Part shown: in pieces, positions 1 to 12,460 of the stretch
Numbering within the stretch: position 1 is the first letter of the stretch
Layout: every line of letters starts with the position of its first letter
Assembly (NCBI RefSeq): GCF_006345805.1
Contig: NC_043021.1
Coordinates: 9,424,001-9,488,000 of the forward strand
Source: Octopus sinensis
Lineage: Eukaryota
Reading direction: 5' to 3'
Length of the DNA: 64,000 bases
The notes under the pieces: generated by a model
Told to the model about the DNA's origin: nothing
The model's input: only the letters and a program-made list of their open reading frames with translations
The model's database searches: none
Program-made: the position numbers and the translations under genes

Positions 1-50
1 AGCAAGACATTAGCAATAAAAGTATAGAGGAAATAAAAACAAACACTCAC

Positions 51-265
51 TTTCCAAGAGCAAAGTAAGAGAGGAATGCAACATTATTCTGTGAGGCTTT
101 CTCTGCTGTTTGACCAAGACGAAGGACCATGTCTGTGTTACCAGCAGATGTAGCCAGTAGGAGAAGGCCACCAAAGTCCTGTGCTTGGTGGAGACACTCT
201 TGAGCCAGGCCAAACTCACACTTGTTGATAGCCAGCTCAGCAAGAAGTTTCCATTTCTGCTCAGA
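51..265 (-). CDS. COPB2: COPB2 exon 16 (215 nt)
   Basis: [71 protein letters not shown]; tcag/gtgagt. Confidence 0.98.
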
Positions 266-1799
266 CTGAAAACATAAAAAAGAAGATTTTATATATATCA
301 TCATCATCATCATCATCATCATTTAGCGTCCGTTTTCCATGCTAGCATGGGTTGGACGGTTCAACTGGGGTCTGTGAAGCCGGAAGGCTTCATCAGGCCC
401 AGTCAGATCTGGCAGTGTTTCTACGGCTGGATGCCCTTCCTAACGCCAACCACTCCGTGAGTGTAGTGGGTGCTTTTTATGTGCCACCCGCACAGGTGCC
501 AGACAGAGCTGGCAAACGGCCACGAACGGATGGTGCTTTTACGTGCCACCGGCACATATAGTGTGAACAAGCTATCTTTGAGATAGCATGTTATTACATT
601 GGTTTGATATCATTGTATCATACGTTCCTATAGTTTATATGCATAAGTATACATATGACACATATATAGGAAGAATGCTGGCAAGACATGCAACATGAAT
701 GAAGCTTGAACATCAAAAATGGAAAACGTAAAAATGAAACGCAATTATTTTAAAAGAACATGCATTTATAAGGTTGTCCCAAAAGTTCGTAGAAAGTCTT
801 GGAAAATAATGGTCTTTATTTTGAGGAATAATTTTTGTTGTTTTTGTTAGTACTTGGCGAGTAAAAATTCAATTTTCGCAAGTGTTTACGAACTTTTGGG
901 ACAACCTAATATAATGCAATAAAAATTACTACCTAAATACTGCCAATAAATTTTAATATACACACCCTACAATGCATTTTTAATACAGTTAATATTCGTT
1001 ACTAAACACAATATAATCACAACTACTGTTTTTTTTATTCACGTGTATATTTAGTGAAAAACCGAGCCCATCTCATTCACATTATTGTCACCCTTTTGAC
1101 GCAAACCAAATGAAAGAAGTATATTTTATGTTTATATATAACATGCAGTTATATACTTAGATATTGTTATATACAAAATGGAAGTGAAGAGAAGCAAGTA
1201 CCATCTGAAGCATATTTGCAGAAAATTTCATTTAAAAATATCCATTTTTCTGAAAGTTTATGAGGAAACAAAGTTGTTGGGAACACATAGGTATGCTGCA
1301 GCTAATGCTCAGGCAATTTACTGTATATCATTGCACATGCGTTAACCAGAAGTCAATAGTAAACATGTATTTTTAAAAATTATAATCATATATATATATA
1401 CATATATATACACATACATACATATATATATACATAGGTGTAGGAGTGGCTGTGTGGTAAGTAGCTTGCTTACAAACCACATGGTTCCGGGTTCAGCCCC
1501 ACTGTGTGGCGCACCTTGGGCAAGTGTCTTCTACTGTAGCCTCAGGCTGACCAAAGCCTTGTGAGTGGATTTGGTAGACGGAAACTGGAAGAAGCCTGTT
1601 GTATATATGTATGTGCTTGACAACCGATGCTGGTGTGTTTACGTCACCATAACTTAGCAGTTCGGCAAAAGAGACCGATAGAATAAGTACTAGGCTTACA
1701 AAGAATAAGTCCTGGGGTCGATTTGCTCAACTAAAAGGCGGTGCTCCAGCATGGCCACAGTCAAATGACTGAAATAAGTAAAAGAGTAAGAGTAAAGAG

Positions 1800-1830
<31 letters not shown>

Positions 1831-4800
1831 TCAAACACACATTCACATACATACACACACATACATATACATACAAATATACATACATGAATACACACAA
1901 TATATAAACAAAAAAAATTCAATTAGAGTAACTTCTCAAAAGCATGTTTACTGACAAAGAGAAATACAAAAAGTTTTAGGAGAAATATGAATATTACAAA
2001 CTCACCTCAGCTTCCTTTGCAAGTTGATAGGCCACTCGGAGGTCACCCAGTTGTAAAGCCAGTTCAAATTTATGTTCAGGGTCACAGGTCACTGCAAGAG
2101 CTTGAGATTTGAAACCCTGCATAAAAGGAACAGTTACTTACGTTAGTACCAGTTCATCATATGAACACAAATACAAACACATACACACAGATAAGTTTAC
2201 ACTGTTAACAGACACAAACCTTGCCCAAAACAAAGCAAAGTCAACAGCCAAAAGCTTAATCTCAGTAATGTGGTCACCATTATCAAACAACCAATCCTTT
2301 TAGCCCTGTCTAAACACACAATCACTAACAACCAGTTTATCATCCATCTAAGCAAGTTATATGACAATAAAGAGGACCCTCTAAAGGCAGTGAGCTGGTA
2401 GGATGGTTGGCACACTGGGTGAAATGCTCAGCGGTATGTCATTTGTCTTTATATTCTGAGTTTAAATTCCGCTGAGGTCAACCATGCCTTTCATCCTTTC
2501 GGGGATGATAAATTAAGTACCAGTTGCGTACTGGGGTTGATATGCTTGTTCCGCGGCGCTGGCCCGGATGCACTTCCCCTCCGATCTGTCACCGCGACCC
2601 GTTCCTGTCGGACCGGTAGGCATGCAGCGCCCGCAAGTCACAGATGCATGCCCCACTGCCTTCGGCTTTGCGGCTGACCGGCGTCGGGACCCATGTGCTT
2701 CTCTTGACCAGGCCCGTTGCTCCACGAAAGCGCAAGCACGGCTAACCGACGGAGACGGGCTAATGCATCTCACCCTCAGCAAGCACTGGTATATATGTAA
2801 ATAAATGTATTTTAAACATCTACGAGCTTTTGAAATTTAAGTGCATTTTCAACAACACATTTTCCTATATTTTTTTTCCTGCGTGGAAACACCACTCCCT
2901 CTTTTGCTATATATATATATGTATGTGTGTGTGTGTGAGTGAGTGTGTATATGTTTGTCCCTTCAACATCGCTTGACAACTGATGCTGGTGTGTTTACAT
3001 CCCTGTAACTTAGCAGCTCGGCAAACGGGACCAATAGAATAAGTACTAGGCTTACAAAGAATAAGTCCTGGGGTCGATTTGCTCGACTAAAGGCGGTGCT
3101 CCAGCATGGCCACAGTCAAATGACCGAAACAAGTAAAAGTGTATTGAACATAAAATAAGAATGATCACAACCAGACAGCTCCCTCCCTCTGTGACTGACC
3201 TGTTTTTCCAAAAAGTGAGCCACTCTGGTCCGTTGCTCCCTAGGGATTGTGGGCAGAACCTTGTCAGCAGTCTCAAAGTCGCGTCTCATCACCACAGTTT
3301 GGTATTCCAGAACAGACAGTAGCAGGGAATAGCTGACGACATTGAGTTCCTTATCGCCAAGATAGAGACGGTTATCCTTTGGAATGTATCCCAGTAGGTA
3401 CATCACTCTAATAACGGAATGCAATAAAGAATAATGGAATAGCAGAATAAGAAATAACAAGAATAATGGAATAGCAGAAGCAGTAATATAGAAAAGAAAA
3501 TGGCAACAAACATAAAGATGATAATTCTTTTATATTCATTTACTAACTTTTCAGTCTTTTGACTGTGGCCATGCTGGGGCATTTGCCTTCATGTGTTTTA
3601 ATTTATGATATTGACCCTCTGCCATCGCCCCTGTACTTTGGCAGTTATGGCTTAGTCTACATTAACCCTTTAGCATTCAGAGTACTCTGTCAAATGTAAA
3701 GCCTGTTTAATTACATTGTTTTAAATTAATCGTACAGCATCTCGTAACTCTGAGGTTTTGATGTTGTCCCTGTTTATTTTTAGAATGACTTTGTAGGGTA
3801 GGTGCGAGAGGTCAGAGCTGGCTGGTTTGAGCATAAAACAATAAGGCTATTTTGGCCTGATATGGCCGGTTTGAACACTAAAGGGTTAAAGTAAATGGAT
3901 AAAGGGATATGACCACGCTTGACTGTTGTTTTTCAAGTGCCACAGTCTCCATTTATCTTCAATAAATGGAGACCGTGGCATAACCACATCAATGTTTTGT
4001 AAAGAAAAATGCAGATGCGCTCAACTATGACAATATATATTAACCCTTTCGCATTCAGACTACTTTGTCAAATGTAATATGTATTCACATGTGGCTGAGT
4101 GGTAAGTAGCTTGCTAACCAACCACATGGTTCTGGGTTCAGACCCACTGCGTGACACCTTGGGCAAATGTCTTCTGCTATATCCTCGGGCCGACCAAAGC
4201 CTTGCGAGTGGATTTGGTAGACGGAAACTGAAAGAAGCCCATCATATATATCTATATATATATGTTTGTGTCTGTGTTTGTCCCCCACACCATCGCTTGA
4301 CAACCGATGTTGGTGTGTTTACATCCCTGTAACTTAGCGGTTTGGCAAAGAGACTGATAGAATAAATACTAGGTTTACAAAGAATAAGTACTGGGGTCGA
4401 TTTGTTTGACTAAAAGTGGTGCTCCAGCATGGCCAGTCAAATGACTAAAACAAGTAAAAGAATAAAATAAAAATAAAAAAAGTTTTAAATCAATCACACA
4501 TTCTCTTGTAACTTGGAGATTTCAGTGATGTGATTATTTATTATTACGACATTGCAGGGTAGGTGTGAGAGGTTAGATCTAGTCAGTTTGCATGTAAAAC
4601 AGGTAGAATATTTCTGGCCAGGTATAGCTGGTTTAAATGCTAAAGGGTTAAGAAGCAGATGGATAAAGAAAAAAGCATGACTTACCTGTCCAGGTGTGCA
4701 ATGGTGACGATCTCACCGCCAACATAGTAGTTGAGTCGGTTGACTCCATTGGTGTAAATAAAACAATCACCAACCCAAATACCAGTCCGGACCGATTCTT

Positions 4801-7800
4801 CAATCTCACCAACAACCTTTAGAAGACGATAAGGTTTTAGTCATTATGGAATCATTGTTTGCAGGTTTTGCGTGTTTTTGCATTTAGAGAGAAAGATGAA
4901 ATGATTTAATAGAGACACAGGGCTACACATTTCGAAGGCAAGCAAGATGTTTGGTTGATTGGATCAATGTCAGTACTTGACTGATACTTCATTTTATTGA
5001 TGTTTTGTATTCATAATTAAATATGGTAGGACATCGTATTGTATTGACAAGATATCATCATCATCGTTTAGTGTCCGCTTTCCATGCTGGCATGGGTTGG
5101 ACAGTGCAACTGGGGTCTGGGAAGCCAGAAGGCTGCACCAGGCCCAGTCTGATCTGGCAATGTTTCTACGGCTGGATGCCCTTCCTAATGCCAACCACTC
5201 CATGAGTGTAGTGGGTGCTTTTTACGTGCCAGACGAGGCTGGCAAACGGCCACGAATCGGATGGTGCTTTTTACGTGCCACCGGCACGGAGGCCAGGCGA
5301 GGCTGTGTAAAAAGTATCCAGGCCTCACTGTAAAGTGGTTGGCATTTGGAAGGGTGTCCAGCTGTAAAAACCATGGACTGGAGCAATGTGAAATAAAGTG
5401 TCTTGCTCAAGAATATAATACACAGCCTGGTCCTGGAATCAAACTCACAACCTCATGATTGTGAGCCCAATGTTCTGGCCAATCCTCTTCACCAAGGGTA
5501 GTGGCCTCAACACCTCTGCTTTGGAGGATGGGTCTTCTGTACTCAAGAAGACCCGTCCTCCACAGCAAAAGTATCAAGGATGCTCCCCTTGGTGAGGAGG
5601 ACTGGTCTGCAAGGCTCCTGTGCTGGTGCCACATTAAAAGCACCAAGCACACACTGTAAAGTGGTTGGTATTAGGAAGGGTGTCCAACCATAGAAACCAA
5701 GCCAAATCAGACAGGAACCTGTTGCAGCTCTCCAGCTTATTGTATTGACCCTGAAAGGATTAAAGGGAAAGCTGATTCCAGTGCAATTTGAACTCAGAAA
5801 GTAAAGTTGAAAGAAATGCCACAAACACTTTTTTTCAGAACGGTAAGGATTGTGCCAGCTCACCGTCTGAAATTGTCAACTAAATAAACCCTGACATGAT
5901 TCAAACACACAACCTTCCAAACTGGAGTAAGAAGTGCTACTGGTGCACTGCAGGGCCAGTTTGCCTAACTAAACATTGATTGCAAATTTTGGCACAAAGC
6001 CAGCATTTTCAAGGGAGGGGTCAAGTCGATTACACTGACCTCCAGTGCTAACTGGGTGTCCAACTATAGAAACCAAGCCAAATCAGCTTTGGTCAAACCG
6101 TCCAACCCATGCCAGCACGGAAAAAGGCTGTTAGAAGATGATGATGATGATTATATGTATGTATCTATCTGTGTGTGTGTGTGGGTACATGTTAATGCAC
6201 ACCCAACTTCATTGGACAAGGAGAGAAAGTAAGGTACTTACATCAAAAGCTTCCTCAATACCGTCTTCGGTGACTCCTTCCTTAGTATCCTTGGCCTTCT
6301 CAAATGCCTCAGCCGAGTACTTAAGGATGAAGAATGACTGCTCAGTAGAGATACACACCAATTCTCCATTGTCACTCCAGTAGATCTAAAGAGAAAGAGA
6401 GAGACACGTAGAGAGAGATGATTATATATGCAAACAATGAAAAGCAAAGTCGACCTCAGTGAAATTTGAACCCAGATTGTAAAGACAGATGAACTGCTGC
6501 AAAGCATTTTGCCCAAACACTAATGACCCTGCCAGCTCACCGCCTTACACTTGAGTAATACTGATGGTGCATTTTATATAGAACAGACCTAGAGAGAAAT
6601 TATATATATTCTTTTATGCGCCCTTTTCAAGCCTAGCCAGGCTCATGGGCCCGGTTTCCGTGGCGTATGTGTTCCCCGCAGCTGGATGGAACGCCAGTCC
6701 ATCGCAACATTACTCAAGAAACAGGAAGAGAGAATGAAAGAAAGTTGGGGTGAAAGAATACAACAGGGGTCGCCACCACCCCCTGCCGGAGCCTCGTGGA
6801 GCTTTTAGGTGTTTTCGCCCAATAAACACACACAATGCCTGGTCTGGGAATCGAAGCCGCGATCCTCCGACCGCGAGTCCGCTGCCCTAACCACTGGGCC
6901 ATTGCGACTCCACAGAGAGAAATTATATAAAAGGTGAGAAATAGAAAAGGTTAGACTAAGACAGAGAGAAAAGTAGAGACAAAAAGAAATTACATTATAA
7001 GGACAGAGAGAGGCAATAAATACACAGATACAACACTACTAACGCTCCCCCCCCCCACCACAACCATAACCAAGAGCAGATGCAACATGAATAGAGAGGA
7101 TACTCACATGTTTTGGCGTTATTTCAATTCTTCTAATAAGGTCTGTCGATTCCCAGTCATAAAAAGCTAAACCACTAACAGAACGTACTCCGAGTAGATG
7201 GCCACCATAGATACCTGGCAAAATAGGACATACATTATACACAAACACATATTATTTTAATTTGCTTAACGCTTTGGCATTCAGATTACTCTGTCAAATG
7301 TATTGCTTAATGAGTCACATTATTTTGATTTAATTATGTATTACCATGTTGCTTTGAGATGTTAATGATGATAGTTCTTAATGTCCAAATACAATATGAA
7401 AATACCACATTTGTGTAGAGATGTGAAGTGAAAGGAGATGATTATTAAACAGGTTCACTGACCTTCTGCACCAAAATCAGGTTTGAATGTCTTCTGCTCC
7501 TTGAAGTTCTTGGAGATCTTCACCAAACTGTTACTCTCTCGGATGGCATAGACAGCAGAATCATTGCTCCACACAAATTCCTGCGCAGGACCGAAACTCT
7601 TGTTCCTCAGTGCCATTGCTGTGTATATTATGTATTCTCCATCACCACACACCACCACAAATCTGTAACAGAGACATTACACATCACAATTTTAGCTGAT
7701 TATCATTTATAATATATCTTTATATATAAAAGTAAGGTTGTGTGTCTGTCTCCTACGATTTAGATTCCTAACTACTCCCACATTTTGCGGTGCAGTTTAA

Positions 7801-10522
7801 CCAAAACCGGGTATCTTATAGTCGTGATTCATATCGAGCCCTTCTGGGTATTAGCGCGCGTCTACGATGAGTCTACGATTTAAAAAAAATTTACCATAAT
7901 TTTTTTCTATTTTAATGCATTTTTTCGCTATTATATAAGGGAAGTAACTCTCTAAAAATGTCTACGATGAGTCAACAATTTAAAAAAAAAATTACCATCA
8001 TTTTTTCCCCCATTTTTAATGCATTTTTTTGCTATTTTTCGGCTATAACTCTCTAAAAATGCTTATATAGTTATTTCCCTTACAAAACCGAGCAACGCCA
8101 GGCGATACTGCTAGTATATATATATATAGATGTGTATATTTAGGGATAACCACTACGTGGATAACCAATATGCTAGAAGAAGATCACTGGTTATCCCTAA
8201 ATATACGCATGTATTACAATTTTTTCTGATTTTTCTATATGCTAGGCTACTGGTTTTAAATTGATATTAAATTAATATTCAATTTATTACCCTCGTTATA
8301 TTATATATATATATATCTTGCTGCTATTATGTTAAACTGTTGTATGTCCAAATTTGGCCAAGTGCGTTTTTTTTTTCAGTATTTATTTTTTTGCTTGCAA
8401 CAGCAGGTTCTTTTGGTCAAACTATCGTATCTCCATCTGCTTCAGATGCCAAGATATCAAAAAATTGTCAAAATGTAGTATGGAGTGTAGTTTTGTTATG
8501 GTGAAACTATTTTTTCATTTTCTGAAAAAGCAACAATTTTAACTTATGTCACTTTTGCATAATAGCAACGATATATATATGTGTGTGTGTGTGTGATATA
8601 TATACATATATTTATAATGTATATGATACATCTGTGGGGTGGTTTGTCTATGCATATCTTGTACCGTTTACTTGTTTCAGTCATTAGACTGTGGCCATGC
8701 TGGGGCATTGCCTTGAAGAATTTTTAGTCGAATGAATCAACCCCAGTACTTATTTTTTTAAGCCTGTTTCTTATTCTATTGGCCCCTTTTGCTGAACTGC
8801 TAAGTTACAGGCATGCAAATGCACCAACACAGACCCAAAGACACTCACACACATGTATGTGTGTGTGTGTATGTATATCTCTCTATATAAACGGCAGTTT
8901 GTCTGTGCGTGTTTCTGTGTGTCTGTTTTCTCGTACCCTCACCCTGACCGCGGCTTTCAACCGATTCTGATGAAACTTGACACACACATAGCCCAATGTC
9001 ATAATTCAAAACTAACGCAGCGAAAATTTTGAAAAGTTCCCCCAGTTCTGAAAAAAATCGATAAATTCGACATGGGGTCGAGAATAAAAAAAAACAAACC
9101 ACAGACTGTCTAGGGGACGCAACTCATCCTTTTTTTACTCAAAAAAAAATTTACCATCATTTTTTTCCCATTTTTTTGCTATTTTCTGGCTATAACTCTC
9201 TAAAAATGCTTTATAGTTATTTCCCTTACAAACCTGAGCAACGCCGGGCGATACTGCTAGTATATATATATATATATATACATGATGGGTTTCTTTCAGT
9301 TTCCGTCAGCCAAACCCATTAAGAAGGATTTGGTTGGCCCAACACTATAGTAGACATTTGCCTAAGGTGCCATGCAGAATGACTGAACTTGGAACCATGT
9401 GGTATATGAATATATATTTGTTTATCCATGAATATATTGCATGTATGCTATGTGCATGTGTATTTATGTATGCGAGTATAAACATATGATAGAGCGGGTA
9501 CATCTTTGATCATAGGCCTACTGGATCAGGGATGACCTGGGGCTAAACAACAACATGGGCATGGCTGGAACACTTTTGATCATAGGTTTACAGGATCAGA
9601 GCTGACCTAGGACTAAACAACACTGATACAAAACACTACAAATGACAACGGAAGTAGTAACCAACCTGCCATTAGGGTTGTGTTGTATGCTCTGTGGATA
9701 AACCTCACAACTGCCCATGTCCTTCACTGCGAGGGGCAATCTTTCACCATCCCGGATTTCTTGGTCCCCAATAGTCTTGATGTTTGCTTGCTGGATCTCC
9801 GAGTGTTTTGCCCAAATAATTTTGCCGTTGACATCCATGGTCATGGCTGGTTCTTCACGGCCAAGCTACAAAAAAAAAAAAAAAAAAAAAAAAAATAATG
9901 ATGGCAATGATGATGATGATAATGATGGTTGTGTGAAGTGCTGAAGGTGACAAGGATCATGATGATGGTGATGATGCAATTTTTTTTTCCTATGTGCAGT
10001 GAACCCAGGAACACATAACTCAATGTGTCTCTCTTTTTAACCCTTTAACATACTAGTCATATCTGGCCCAAATTTTCTACTTGTTTTAAGTTGAAAAAGG
10101 CCAGATCCAGCCTCTCACACCTACCCAACAATGCCATTCTAAAAATACACAATCATGTCATTGAAATCTCAAAGCTACAAGATAATGCATGCTTAATTCA
10201 AAACAATCTGAATAAATAAACATTACTTTGAACAAAGTAATCTGAATGCTAAATTTTGCCACAAGGGCAGCAATTAGGGGGAGGGGGATGAGTCCATTAC
10301 ATCAATCCCAGGTGTCCAACTGGTACTTATTTTATCAACCCCGAAAGGATAAAAGGTAAAGTCGACCTCAACGGAATTTGAATTGAATAGTAAGATAGGC
10401 TACAACAAATATATTCAGCTAAATACCGCAGATTTGTTTGTCAGTTGCTTGACCATAACCAGTTGACCATGTCCCTAAGTGGCTGATAACATATGCATCT
10501 CTGATCACGAGCAGAGTCTTAC

Positions 10523-10562
<40 letters not shown>

Positions 10563-12423
10563 TTTCAAATTTTGGCACAAGGCCAGCAAGACCAGGGAGG
10601 AGTTTAAGTCAATAACATCGAGCCCAGTTCTCAACTCGTACTTAATTTATCGACCCCGAAAGGATGAAAGGCAAAATCGACTTCAGCGATTATTGACCCT
10701 GAAAAGATGAAAGGTAAAGTCGACCTTGGTGGAATTAGAACTCAGAACATAGCGATGGGTGAAATACCGCTAACCATTTTGCTCGGCATGCTAAATTCTG
10801 CCAGCTCACCACCTTAATATTAATAATAATGATGATGATAATATCTTACCTTTATGATGATGCTTCCTTCATCGTAACCAAGAGCAACGTTGTTTGATCC
10901 TTTCTGACAGGCAATAGTCCAAACTCTTTCTAATCCATAATTTAGTGTACTCTCAAGACGGTAAGTGTTGGCGTGCCATATTCTGACAGTTCCTAGCAAA
11001 AGAGATATTACACTCAGAAGTCAATTTTTGAAAAAAAAAAAAAAAAAAAAAAGTATGTGGATGAACAGGGGTGCGGTGGGGGTGGGGGAGAGCTCAGCAA
11101 ATTCACATTGGGAATGTCCCGAGTCCTCTCCCCACTCCCTCGTTCATTGGCACAAATTTTTTTTCCTTCATATCTGTTTAATACACATCGTATTACACCT
11201 CTTTACTCTTTTACTTGTTTCAGTCATTTGACTGCGGCCATGCTGGAGCACCGCCTTTAGTCGAGCAACTCGACCCCGGGACTTATTCTTTTGTAAGCCC
11301 AGTACTTATTCTATCAGTCTCTTTTGCCGAACCGCTAAGTAACGGGGACATAAACACACCAGCATCGGTTGTCAAGCAATGCTAGGGGGACAAACACAGA
11401 ACACACACACGCATACATATACATATATACGACGGGCTTCTTTCAGTTTCCGTCTACCAAATCCACTCACAAGGCTTTGGTCATCCCAAGGTGCCACGCA
11501 GTGGGACTGAACCCGGAACCATGTGGTTGGTAAACAAGCTATTTACCACACAGCCACTCCTGCGCCTACTACACTATTTAAAAAAATGTTTGTAATTAGG
11601 TCTTAAACTAGAAATTAACCTTACTATGACTACGTGATCGAGAAATTGACTTCATAATCAACATGGTTCGAATCCTATGCTCTGCACATTGGGCAAGAAA
11701 CAGAGTCATCTTTAGCATCTGATTAACCCAAATAACGTTAGTGAAACTGAGTGGGCAGAAATTCTGTAGAACCTTTTGAGATGGATTGAACCACAACACA
11801 TTCTTTTATAGTGATGAATTATAAATTATGAATTTGTTTCCTAGTTTAACATCAGCATCTGATGCTTGGGTGATTTTAGCAAAGTATACTCTGTTTGCAA
11901 ACTTTCAGACCAGGTCATAGGTCACAGGATAACTATAGTTTCTTCCCATTTCCCCAGAGCTCAACTGGTACTTATTTTTATCGACCCCAGTATTTCAACT
12001 GGTACTTATTTTATTGACCCTGAAAGGATGAAAGGCAAAGTTGACCTCAGCAGAATTTGAACTCAGAACATAAAGACAGATGAAATGCTACTAAGCTTTT
12101 TGTCCAGTGTGCAAACGATTCTGCCAGCTCGCCACCTTTATGCAATTTATCACATTACCAAGTGTATGTATGTATGTATACATACACACACACATTCTTA
12201 TATAAATATATGAATGTGTGTGTGTGTGTGTCTTATATTTAATCTTTCTATAATATGTAATTTTTCTAAATGGTATAATTTAATTTTTCATTATTGAATT
12301 GATAAAAGGTGGGGTTTTTTCTAATTTATATATATATATATTATATTTTGTGAAATTTGATTTAGTATTTCTAAATTGAATTTTTCCCTGTAAGTTTGGA
12401 ATAATATTCCCTCATATTATTAT

Positions 12424-12460
<37 letters not shown>

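Noticed and set aside
2631-2770. HDV-like double-pseudoknot reading of the GC island (P1 ccgcaag/tttgcgg, P2 agatgca/tgcatct, GCTAA as J4/2)
   Set aside because: L3 would be 11 nt, there is no G1 and no P1.1 GG, and GC-rich sequence pairs promiscuously; the 28S D2 explanation is simpler. An RNArobo or Infernal run could still test it.
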